The notes under the pieces were generated by a model, which was not told the DNA's origin, did not search any database, and saw only the letters and a program-made list of their open reading frames with translations. DNA of 64,000 nucleotides from Azolla caroliniana (taxonomy: Eukaryota > Plantae > Polypodiophyta). Made by a program: the position numbers and the translations under genes. Shown here piece by piece: positions 38,101 through 49,319 of the stretch; the first letter of the stretch is position 1, and each line of letters begins with the position of its first letter. The stretch spans positions 22,630,001 through 22,694,000 of the forward strand of contig JBHGNT010000005.1 in assembly GCA_043228905.1 (NCBI GenBank), in the 5' to 3' direction.

Positions 38101-39140
38101 ATCTGAAAACAAATGCCACCAAAAATCATAGACATGAGCTTTATTGGTGGTTTGTTTATCTTAAATGTTTCCACTGTCACATCACAGTAAAGGTATCTCT
38201 GAACGTTTCTAAAAGAAATTGTGTAAGCTTCCCTTGATACCTGAGCACCATCTCTCAATGTAGTGTCATAAATTGAAATGTATGGTTTGACTAAGTTTGA
38301 ATCTTGAGTCTCCACGGTTTCCTTGGGATCTAATAGAATCTACATTGTAAATCCAATATATATTCAAATTAATATTACTAAGACATCCAATTATATCAAA
38401 CTAATCGGCGTAACATCTTAATCAAATTCACAACCTTTTATCACGTTATCTTTTCTTAATGAGCTATTTACCGTCGTGGTGGCCAAAGACTTGATTTTGA
38501 GGCTCGAAACTCGGATGTCCTTGTTAGCATTTTTTCTACACATTGTTTGCAAACATACATTAGATGTGTCATGATGTTTACAAAAGCAGGACGATCGTAC
38601 TCTAGAACATGTAAAACACGTATATGCATTGCAGGTGATAATGATTTTTAATTAATTGCAGCATTTTAATGCAATTTTAGGCCCTTAACTGAGTATGTTT
38701 ATAGGTCTCTTTAATAATGCATACCAGAAATCTACCGTGAATTCTTTCAAACTTCTGCAAACAGAAGATCTGAAAATAAGCCATTATTGACACAAGCGAG
38801 ATATATGTATAGTTTACCTGTGTAAATACTAAACACATACAGATATACAGATAATATAACTGACACATATGCATTCAGATATATGCTGCTCAAAAGAATA
38901 TATTTACAATTGTTCAATATTAATCATGGAGTCAAGATTGAGAGTTCAGATACCCACATTAGATATATTGAAGAAGAAAAAATAGAAATTCAGAATAATG
39001 GAGAACCAATACCTGACTCGGGATTGCTGAGGACGAGAGGAGATTGCAGGAGAAAGCAAGCGAGGAGAATGGGAAAGAGGGTTTGCATGAAGAAGAAGAA
39101 GAAGGTCTGCTTGATTGAGTTGTTGTAGCGGCAGAGGCAT
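20119..39140 (-). CDS. cimA: Bacterial-type citramalate synthase (CimA; DRE-TIM metallolyase with LeuA-type regulatory domain), 19 exons, about 651 aa, putative plastid transit peptide
   Basis: Exons (5'->3'): 39140-39013, 38535-38435, 38329-38241, 38102-38039, 37952-37801, 35513-35454, 35158-35072, 34976-34915, 34776-34677, 32908-32729, 31894-31703, 22091-21993, 21907-21830, 21659-21586, 21128-20987, 20730-20678, 20594-20438, 20351-20268, 20172-20119. All introns are GT-AG and phases are consistent, giving a 1956-nt open frame. Motifs: [141 protein letters not shown]. The start codon and last exon are less certain, and substrate specificity is inferred. Confidence 0.85.
22630..24624 (+). mobile_element. 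Degenerate Ty1/copia element D (protease, GAG-pre-integrase, integrase) in cimA intron 11
   Basis: [66 protein letters not shown]; many stops and frameshifts. Confidence 0.85.
24625..28440 (-). mobile_element. Degenerate copia element E (same family as D, opposite orientation), interrupted by element F; PBS at 28184-28195
   Basis: [14 protein letters not shown] (about 27540-27590) and [14 protein letters not shown] (about 24690-24730). Reverse complement of D blocks. gctctgatacca at 28184. Outer LTR end approximate. Confidence 0.8.
24966..27227 (+). mobile_element. Internally deleted Ty1/copia element F: 5' LTR 24966-25287, PBS 25288-25299, gag-protease ORF about 25732-27200, short 3' LTR remnant
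   Basis: LTR TGTTACAC...TTTCTACA plus TGGTATCAGAGC. Gag [10 protein letters not shown], zinc knuckle [14 protein letters not shown], protease [18 protein letters not shown]. Flanks are CTATT/CTAAT (TSD with 1 mismatch). Confidence 0.9.
28450..30850 (-). mobile_element. Non-LTR retrotransposon (LINE) ORF2 remnant: RT plus C-terminal Cys/His motif
   Basis: [43 protein letters not shown] (YADD mutated), [22 protein letters not shown]; frameshifts. Confidence 0.88.
30889..31213 (+). mobile_element. Family F 3' LTR with PPT
   Basis: AAGGGGG precedes TGTTACAC...TTTCTACA. Homologous to 24966-25287, with three internal ~45-bp GTGTGAA repeats. Confidence 0.85.
35870..37520 (+). mobile_element. Degenerate LINE copy of the same family as 28450-30850, in cimA intron 5
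   Basis: [43 protein letters not shown] match the minus-strand LINE. Internal duplication 36210-36360 vs 36392-36545. Confidence 0.8.
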
Positions 39141-39499
39141 TGTTGGGTCCTTTCTCTTGTTTTCTGAGACCACACAGGAATGGCTGAGTCTTAGCATAAC
39201 ACAGAAGATACAGCCCACGTACATACATATGTATGTATTTCCTTTTGTTTACAAATTTTCTTTTATTAAAATAGTGTAGGAAGAAGACTCGAGACTCTTA
39301 AGGCCAAGGGGTTGTGGAGATATGTCCTCCTCCCGTTGTCTGATTGCCGATCGATCATCTCTTGTCCCGGACAATCGTATGCTCGTGCTCGTGTGCTTGA
39401 GCGATTCATGTTGCACTGCCACACCTCGCCATTGGCATTGAGCACGGGGATGCAGGCTTAGTTTAGTGACATCAGATGAATGAAGTAGTGATCGAGTCG

Positions 39500-39690
39500 C
39501 CGAGATATGGTGTTTGGGGTAGTAAGACGCAGTTAACAGTTGCACTATTGATCTCGAAAGCAAAATATAAGGGTGCAACAATAGCTGCATGTGAAGCCAT
39601 TTTGGCTGAAAGACTGTTGATGGATCTGAATGAATCTGTCGACAAATCAATACGTATTTATTGTGACAAACTCATTAGCATCGAAACTTA
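39500..39690 (+). mobile_element. Copia RNase H fragment
   Basis: WGSKTQLTVAL..KAKYKGATIAACEAI..RLLMDL..IRIYCD. Confidence 0.7.
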
Positions 39691-39707
39691 GATATAACAT
39701 CGATAAC

Positions 39708-39897
39708 ATGTTTGAGGTCTTTTCTAAGATACGATTTGAGACGGAGCTAGTTGCTAGCTTAATGAAGGTATTGTGGGAGGTCTGCTATTGTGGAAGATAA
39801 TATGTTTGAGGTCTCTTCTTAGATATAATTTGAGAAGGAGCCAATTTGCTAGCCTAATGATGGTTTTGTGGGAGGTTTACTATTGTGGAAGATAATA
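39708..39897. repeat. Tandem repeat, 2 x about 95 bp
   Basis: ATGTTTGAGGTCT...TGTGGGAGGT...CTATTGTGGAAGATAATA occurs twice. Confidence 0.8.
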
Positions 39898-40101
39898 CAC
39901 AGAACCTTCCTCAATCGAGCTTTTAAACCCTTCCAAGATGATAGACTTATTGAATATGGGATTAAGATTCTCAAACTCATTACTATGAATTAAAACAACC
40001 ACTAAAGTGTAAGTAAAAAATGGATAACATACATGTAATGTTATAACAATGAGTGAACAGTTATGTTGATGCAATATGGGAGAGTCCATTACAAACATAA
40101 A

Positions 40102-42365
40102 CTTAGGGACCAATTATGAAGTCTAACTTCACTGAACATTGATAGTATTTTATGCTCTATGTTGGAAGTTGAGATGAACTGATCCAAAAGAAAAGAGGTT
40201 TGTCTCACCAATAGTCTCAATGGTGCCTCAAGACCCAACTCATTAGGGTCTTAGATTGTCATGTGTCCCTCCCATATGGTTTTTCCTAGTCCTAGAATAA
40301 CTAGTTTCTAATGTTGTGACTATAATAGAGACATAAGAAAATAAACCAAAAAATCATTTGTATCTTCACCTCTTTACAGAATATGTTGATAATCAATAGG
40401 CATCTAGTTGCTTTAATCATAGATGGAATCAAACCAAAATATGTTGTTATTGATTAAAAACATGGGGCACGCGATCCAAAGATGGACATTAGACCATATT
40501 AATGTTATGTTATTAAGAGTTTCTTATACATGAAAAAAACAAGTCCCTTACTATTCAACAACATTAATGCAAATAGCCATCAAAAGCACAGTTCCTCCAT
40601 CTTGATACTTGAATTATATTTTAGGTCACCGGTTGGAAAAATGAGCAACTTCATCTTTTTTGCTATTCAGAAATTGCCAAGTGTCTTTGAAGCGAGAGGA
40701 TATCATAAGTACTTGTAATAGCGAAAAGCAAATTTGGGAATTCAATAGGTTCAACAAAATATGGAGCCATTCATACCTAGAGAAAATAAGAAAATTGTGT
40801 TATGCAACCCAATGAGACACACAATCACATTGTGAGAGATGTAGAATGCATTTAATGTAACAACAAAATGAATTGTCAATTTTTGTTTTATACACAAAGG
40901 GCCACAATTGTTTTACTTTCTTTGAAAAGCATTTGGCACATGGATCCAACAAAAAAGGTTAGAACCTGATTAATCCTCAATAAAACCTTGCTTTAGAAGG
41001 ATATATATATTTAAAATTTGTGTTGTATATATTAATCAAGGGGATCACACCAAATGTTCCATATAATAGGTTCATATTTGATTCAAGTCATTGTCAAGAG
41101 AATGTTTATGTTGGTAGGAGACAAGAGAATATGTTACTAGTATAATCTTAGGGACCAATTCTAAAAGCTAATTTCAATGGACATCCATGGTATTTTTTGT
41201 TGTACGTTGGAAGTTGAGATTAATGAATCCAAAACAAAGGATCATTGCCCCACCAATAATCTCAATAGTGTCTCAAACGTCGTTGTGAAGGGGCTAGTTA
41301 GCCCCATTATATAATCCCACTCTTTAGGGTTCCAGATCGCCACATGGTTTCTCCTAGAATAACTAGTTTCTCACTTACCTTTACCTTAAACCATTGAAAT
41401 TAACCTTTTAGATTGGTTCCTAAGGTCATGCCTATAATAGAATCATACAAAAATGAATTGCAAAATCATTCATATCTTGACTTCTTGCCGTAATATGTTG
41501 ACACTAAAGAGTTATCAAGTTGCCCAAAACAACGATGGCATTGGACTAGAATCTAATGCCACTACTATATTAATTGGCATTCACAATCCAAAGGTGGACA
41601 TTAGAACATTTTAGAGTTATGTTGTTAAGCAGTTCCATTAGATGAAAAATAAATCCCTTACTACTAGATAACACTATTGCAAATAGTCGTGAGAAGCAAA
41701 TTTCCCAAGTAAAGAGGTATCAAGTTGCCCAAAACAACGATGGCATTGAATCAGAATCTAATGCCATTACTACTCTGATTCCATTAGATGAAAAATAAAT
41801 CCCTTACTACTCGATGACATTATTGCAAATAGCCATGTGAAGCACATTTCCTCTACCTGGATACAACTTCTGTTTGAGGTCACCATTTGGATAACATGAG
41901 CAACTTTAATTTTCTTGCTGTTGAAAAATGCCATATGTCTTTGAAGGTGAGATGGTATCAAATGTACTAGCAATGCTGAAGGGAACATGGGGGATAGCAT
42001 AAACTTAAAGAAATATGGAACCATTTTTACCAAGAGAGCACAAAAGAAATTCTGTTGTGCAATTCAATGAGAAACACATTCACATCATGAAAAATGTAGA
42101 ATGAATCAAGTGTAACAGCAAAACTAATTGTTCAATTTTTGTTTTATGCCAAAGAGCCAAACTTGTTTTACTTTGAAGAGCGTTTGGCACATGGATCCAA
42201 CAAAAAAGGTTAGAGCCCATTTAATCCTCAACAAAGCCTTACTTTAGAAGGATCAAAGAGGATATACACATTTGATTTTGTGCTGTATAAATTAATTGAA
42301 GGGATCATGCTAAACATGCCCCAAAATAAGTTCATATTGTTGATTTGATTCAATCTCATTGTGAA
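40102..42365. repeat. Diverged ~1 kb tandem duplication downstream of ALG2 (40102-41095 vs 41147-42365)
   Basis: Colinear shared blocks: CTTAGGGACCAATT, GTTGGAAGTTGAGAT, CCTAGAATAACTAGTTTCT, GGACATTAGA, TTTGGCACATGGATCCAACAAAAAAGGTTAGA, GTTCATATT. Confidence 0.8.
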
Positions 42366-42406
42366 AGCCCCATCCATTTGAAATAACTTTTCTTTTAGCA
42401 ATCAAG

Positions 42407-45400
42407 TCATTGTACAGATGACATGCTGATAGCTAGCCTGTTTAAATTTTCCCCAAATACATGCCTGGAGAAATGCTTTTCAACATGTTCTCTAGCTGAC
42501 TTCCCCATTGATATCGCCTTCTCAGGTTCATGAAGCAATATATTCATTGCAGTACAAAAGTTCTGGGGACTAGGTTCACACAAAAAGCCAGTTACATTAT
42601 GAGCAATGCTCTCCTTTGGTCCTCCACTATTGCAAGCAATGACCGGTTTTTGAGATGCCATGGCTTCCAATGGCACAATTCCAAAATGTTCATCCTGTAA
42701 TGGTTTTATCTATCAGGGAACTTTTTGATGGCTTAAGAAAACATAAAAAAACATGGACACAGATATAAATTGCACTGCTAAAATTTGATATTCTCAAGCA
42801 TTTCGGCACAATTACCGTTGGAGTATAGATAAGGCATAAACATGAAGAAAGAAATTCATTCCTTTCTTCAGTTGAGCATGATGGTGAGAACACAACATTG
42901 TCCACGATTCCTTTCTCCTCACAAACGTGTTTGAGCTCTAGAAGATATTCACGGTTTTCCTTCAGCCGTTCATCATATCCTCCTGTCATAAAACAAAACA
43001 AAATGTCCAGAGATCACCTCTATTTGAAGGAATGTATGAATCCTCCCACAGTGGTTTCTTATGCACGGCTCAGTACAGACTTTGATTTCCAACTGTTGTA
43101 TTGATGAGTTTTTGTGCTTTTCTGATAAAGACTACACGACAATTCTAATGGACTTTACGTAAGTTAGTTAAACTATGTTCCTAAACAAGAAAAAGGATGC
43201 ACACCTGCAATCACAAGCTTCAACTTCTTTCTGCTTGTGTCACCTTGATTTCTATTCTCTCGCTCTTGTCCAACCAATAAAGCAAATGCTGAGATTGCTA
43301 ATCCAATATTTTTCTTTCTTTCAAATCGATTGATGGACAAGAAAATGAACCTACACGAGGGAAAACAATTAAATAGTTATGATGCTGTGGACAACAAGGG
43401 AAAAATAGAAGCAAATGCTCAAGGTAAACACAATATATTCTCTTGCTTTTGATAGGCATACAAGGCAATGCCATCATCATCTGAAGTCCATAAATTAACC
43501 ATCTTCTGGAGGTTATAAATTGTCGTCTATAACATGAATGATGTTCCATTTTTTATAAGAACAAACGTTTTATTACTGTAAACATATCCGTAGGTTGTAT
43601 ATAGAATGTGCAGAATTGTATGTATGTATAATCACCGTGGTTTATTCACATTCCTTTCCAAGTTTCCCATCGCTATTCATCACAGCCTCTAGCTATTATA
43701 TTGGCTGCAACTGGAAACTGGAAAATCTAGCTACATCATTGACACAACTGGAAAATCTAGCGAGTATTTACTCTTCTGAAGTTGACGATCGCAAATGTAC
43801 TGGAAACTGACTAATATTGACTGCTGGGTAAATGACCTCTGGCCTGATTCCTTTTGCATGCAGCGTTGTAAAAGTTGATGCAAATGTAGATGCTGTGAAC
43901 TTGCTGTTAACAAGCACAATATCAGCCATACCTGTAAATCAAATACACGCACACAAATTCTAGTCATTCTTTGCAATGCAGTTTGCATTCAGCTATGTAA
44001 GAACGAAATACAAATTCTATGGAGTCAATCTATGCTAAATCTTGAAAACATGATTTGAATCATAGATATCAATCACGACTATTGAAAAATCAAAAAGATT
44101 ATAATAAACATCAATTTAAAAATCTGGTTGGTATGAAGAGAAAATCACAGAAGATTCTGCTTTCACCTTCAATAAAGGCTCTGGAATAATTTTTAAAGTA
44201 TTCTATCCTTCCGAAGATAAATTGACATGCAAACCTGTTGTCTTTTCTTCGATCCAATCAATGGGCTTTCTATACAATCTTCTCAGTAAACTAGTGTGTT
44301 TTGCAAGAAGTAGATCAGGAAAGTGGCAGTAAAAGATAACCTGTACGCAATGAATAAATGCAACTTTCAGTTTTCACATTGTTCCTTATTATATTATACC
44401 CATTTTCTTTTGTTCAAAATTTTATTGATGATGTACAATGGTAATCATGTTACTTCATTTAATGTGACATAATGTTCTCAAAGGCTTGTTGTCAATCAAA
44501 TGTAGGAAAGACCCACTCTCCACCAAATAACACATCTGAGGCTACTAACAGAAGATAAAGAAGAAGAAAGACGAATGAATAATACAGTGAAATGAATACA
44601 GACATCTAAGCATCCCATGATTTCTTATCCAAAGAAAGCTTTTTTTTAGTAGGTTTTAAGTGCTACAACAGAGGATGATCAAACAAAATCATTTCGATGC
44701 TGGTATCTACTAAGATGAGAGCATCATTTTGTCAGTACCACTAACAAACCTTTGAAGAAGTAGTCTTGAAAACAGGTATTACAGCTGACACTTGATCGAC
44801 TAAAATGATATCAAATGCTGCCCAGAACCAAATCATGCAAAAGGCTACATATATGCAGCGTACATAAGCACACAAAGCATGAAGCCTGTAGAAAACATGA
44901 CGAGGCAGAAAATCGCCATATACTGTAACACGTAGCTTTCCTGCAAAAACATCACAGCAATTACGACAAAAAACATTTAGAAAAGAAACCCATAACATAA
45001 ATGACAACCATATAGAATGTTAGATGAATTACCATCTTTTGTTTCATCAAAACACCTATTCTTATCATGATGCGCCGTAAAAATGTGCACATCATGTCCT
45101 CTTGATGCGAACTCTACAGCTGCATCAACTATGAGCCTTTCTGCACCACCTGATGCAATGAAGTCCAAGTAAATTGACCTTGCTCCTCTTAGAAAGAATT
45201 TGACCAAAACTACTCTCTCGTTCATAAAAACATGGAAATATCAAGAATTCAAAGTTCTCGTATGGGATATTGTGATGTACATACTGTCAAGACCTGTTAT
45301 GTAGGTCATCATGTGCATGAATTGAGAAGAAAATACTTTAGTTTCAATGCTGAAATTTATGGTATGCGAAGATTCACAATTTCATACGGATAAACATAGA

Positions 45401-45561
45401 TTAAATACAATGATCACAAAAGAGACACAATTAAACTTCAGCATCATTCTTATCTTGATTTTTTTTTTCTTTTCAGTTGATTATAAAGACTTACCAATTC
45501 CAAGATCAGGATGGCATATTGCAATCCGTAGCTTATGATGCTTAGCTGACATAATTGGCAT
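42407..45561 (-). CDS. ALG2: alpha-1,3/1,6-mannosyltransferase ALG2 (GT4), 8 coding exons, about 413 aa
   Basis: Exons 45561-45495, 45149-45033, 44940-44750, 44340-44235, 43931-43772, 43350-43205, 42982-42816, 42694-42407 (GT-AG, phases consistent). Motifs: [73 protein letters not shown]. Confidence 0.95.
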
Positions 45562-45694
45562 AGAACTCAGTCTGTTATGTACATTCAAGATGTCAGCAGA
45601 CTCTTTGCTATCTGCAGTGATGAAGGACCGTCTGTAAAAACATCAGGCAGAACTGTCTTTTGAGAAAGAACGAATGAACCAGCGATAAGAAGAA

Positions 45695-46131
45695 AGAATG
45701 TAGTAAAGGTAAGACGTCAAAAAGCTAAGCAAAAAATATTGCTCTTTTATTTTTCATGTTTAGGTCTTTGTATTAGAATCTTTTTACTGTATAACAAATA
45801 ATGTGCAAGTGTAGTTTCAAAATTTACCAATTAAACTCAACTGATTTAACTTCTGCTATGCGTATCTTAAGGAGAAAATAAACCACAATCCACACCCCAT
45901 ATATGCAATATGTTTACATGTATAAGAATGCAGTACAGGTAAGAACGTCAAAAAGCTAAGCAAAAAATACTGCTCTCTTATTTTTTCATGTTTAGGTCTT
46001 TGCATTAGAATCTTTTTATTGTATAACAAACAAGGTGCAAGTGTAGTTTCAAAATATACTAACTAAACTCAACGGATTTAACTTCTGGCATAGATATCTT
46101 AGGGAGAAAATAAACCACAATCCACACCCCA
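45695..46131. repeat. Tandem duplication, 2 x about 205-230 bp, upstream of the ALG2 ATG
   Basis: AAGAATG.AGTA.AGGTAAGA.CGTCAAAAAGCTAAGC...AACCACAATCCACACCCCA at 45695-45899 and 45924-46131. Confidence 0.85.
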
Positions 46132-49100
46132 AATACATAAAAAACAAACAATGACTACAAACGAACACTACCTAAATGAGTCACCTTCCTCAAAATATAT
46201 GACCAGCATGTCTTTTGGTTCCCACCTTAGAAGATATGAATCGCATTTTAGAGAAATCTGGTGCCCTTGAGAACATAGCTATCTTCATCGGGGATAACCT
46301 CGCATTGGTTCGGCAGCATGCATGCAAGAGTGCATGGTAGAGATTGACGAAGCCAAAGACAATGGAAACGTATCCTTCCACCAAGGAGGCAAGGTGGTGA
46401 TAAAGAGAGTGATGCACCACATGACAGTGTAAAACCTACACTTTTTACATGCTTAACACTTAATTTACAAATGCTTTTGGAAGGGTTAACTACAATCTAG
46501 ACAAAACCTTGGGTACGTCAGAAACAAAAATGTTTCCACTCACAAAACCCAAATTCTAACTATGGTTTAGAAACATGCTGAAAACGAGTTGTCATGATGA
46601 AATTGCAAAAAGACGAGGTTCCAAGTACAGATAGAGGTCCATTGGGATCACTGCTCCCAAACAATTGTACAACATTTTCTGACTACTCATCTGTCAGAAA
46701 TGGGGAGATATGCATCAGTTGTTCATGAGTAAGGACTCCAGCAAGGGATGGCGACCACACTAAGAAAACTCAACATCTTTGTCCATCAGTTTCCCCTGAT
46801 ACCAGGCATGAGTATGTGCAATCTCTTTATGCACTGTGCCTGTGCAATCCTTCTTACCTGAAACATGAGACGAACCATTATCCCTACAACTCTGATTTCT
46901 TCATATAACTGATGGTAAGGAAGGGAATTTACAGACTGTGTGGGAAAGAGCACAATATCTGATGGTATTATTGGGGGGCAAACTATACTTGCTAAGCATC
47001 ATCATTGGTGAATCATTGTCAAGACTGAGTACAGGGGAGAGCACAAGATAATTATAGTGTTGTCATGGCACAAGTTATACATGCTAAATCTCACCGTTCA
47101 TCAATCATTGGCCAGCTTTTATACATACATACATATATATCCATTCTTGAGCATGATTTGGGCAGCAGGATGGAGAGCAAATGGGGTCATTCAAAAGGAC
47201 AGAATGGTTTCAAGAGGAGATTCTCTGCAGTGGATCCACTGGCTGAATGCCAGTGGACATCACAGATGAATCACATCTGCAATGTTGTTCAGGATGCATG
47301 AGCTGCCAATTTGCAGATCATATCTTCACACATCAGGCTTTTATTGAGGAGAGAAGACCATAAGAGAGAGCCTATTGTAGCTTTGATGGATGTTTGCAAA
47401 TCATCTGACATGGTCCTGAGAGCCGAATTCATTGGCAGACAATGGAACTGTACGTGGATGTACATGGATATCTTACACATACATACGCTATACACGTAAA
47501 TATGATCCATTCCAACCTGATCTAGTTCTTCTGAATATCTACGACAACAAAACACCTCTATCGTATAGCTAAAAGAATGTATGTATATGTGTACCTTATG
47601 CATGCATACAGCATACAGCATACAGCATACAGTATACATGTATGCATGATCCATTGCAACCAGATCCAACCATTCTTAATATCTATTAACAACGAAAATG
47701 CTTCTTTAGTGACTGCATGTTATGTGACCGAAAACCTACATTGAGTTCGTATTCAATAGCCTCAAGCCGAGAGACCACAATTTAGTACTGTGAATAAACC
47801 ATTTCCTTTACTCTATCTGTCTCTCTCGCTCTCTCGCTCTCTCTTTATCTCTATCTCATATATATACACATATCATAAACAGTCATATATCAATCCGTTC
47901 AAATATCCGATGATGGAATATATCCCGTCATTAGATGAATCGATTGAAGCAAACGGATCAAATAGAGAGAGAAAGAGACCAACCTGAGAACGGCGTGCTG
48001 AAGCAGAGAACAGAAACAGCAGAGACCCAAAATCTTACGATGCGAGTCTCTTCGAAAAGAAGCCGCTTTGGGGGCACATAGCTCTAGCTACCCATCCAAT
48101 CCATCACTTCTCTGATGCAAGAGATTTCCTCTGTTTTTGACTCTCTGTTTTTCTTTTTCTTTCTCTTTCTCTTTTTCATTTTCTTTTTTTTCATTTTCAT
48201 TTTCTTTCATTTTTTTGTTTTTCTTTCTCTTTTTCTTTTGGATAAATACCACGAAGTTAAATTAAATTCAACTGTGTGTATGTAAAGACCAACAATTCCA
48301 AATATGTATTGCAGAAGAATCTCCTATCCTTTTTCCTTGTTATGGTTAATAGTAATGGTTTAATCACGAATGTCGGATTACAATCAATAGATGGAATATG
48401 AGGATACCCTATCGGCTCACCACCACAGAATCGATCGATTAGTCAATCAATCAAGGGTGTCCCCATCACTTCCCTCATCGTCTCTACAATCATCGATCAA
48501 TCATTATGAACCTCATATTATATAGATCCATAACGATCGATCAATCGATACAGTGTGTTCCCATGAAATCCCTCATCATCTCCATGTACATTGAGCGATT
48601 GTAGTGCGATCAAGCCCAGTGTAGAAAACGTCGGGTTGACGATGCCTTGTCGTTCGACTAATCCCTAACCCCTCACTCCTTCATCAACCTCCTTGAAAAT
48701 CTCTAAGTACATAAGTATATTGCACATGACCAAACACCCGTTGTAGCAGGGGATTTTGATATTCCACTTATAGCAACCCACACTAGATAACTGATAAATC
48801 GATGTTGATTATGTTCCTTTGAAAGTATAGAAATTTATTGGACTTTGCAAAGCATATCCTAGAGGTATTCCACCCACCATGAAACCTCCAATAAGCACAT
48901 CAGCTTTGAAAGAAAGACAATATATGCCACCCCTTTTGCATCACACTTTGCCACCCCCTATGGGATCGCGTTATCCACCGGTCTTTATTAACTCGTTCTA
49001 CCATCCATGTATACTTACCTATTAGTTTATGATATACATCATTTGTTTTGACTTTGTCAAGGCTTTTGTGACATGCAAATCTTCAATCTATCTTCGATAC

Positions 49101-49183
49101 CTCAAGGCTGAGACCATATGGCATAATAATTTCTATGAATACAAAACGTTGTTCTAGTTGTCCGAAAAACCATGTTTTTTTTT

Positions 49184-49187
<4 letters not shown>

Positions 49188-49241
<54 letters not shown>
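49188..49241. repeat. (TG)n microsatellite
   Basis: Pure TG run. Confidence 0.95.
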
Positions 49242-49243
<2 letters not shown>

Positions 49244-49319
49244 GGGGGAGTGGGGGGGAGGGGAGGTGTCCCAACATGAAATTATGCATGTCAACCAAGC
49301 CCAAGTGTGTCATATAGTT

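Noticed and set aside
20119-39140. Annotation as ordinary plant 2-isopropylmalate synthase, or as bacterial contamination
   Set aside because: It lacks the plant IPMS signatures (DGEQ, EAGFP, PDTVG, HESGIHQDG). Eighteen spliceosomal introns containing plant TEs exclude contamination.
38959-39228. Ser-rich ORF (MYVRGL...SSSAIPSQ) as cimA exon 1
   Set aside because: It looks transit-peptide-like, but its phase-0 junction would hit TAA early in exon 2. The MPLPL frame splices correctly.
43450-43760. Possible extra ALG2 micro-exons
   Set aside because: Exons 43931-43772 and 43350-43205 already join in phase, and the candidates are unnecessary or contain stops.
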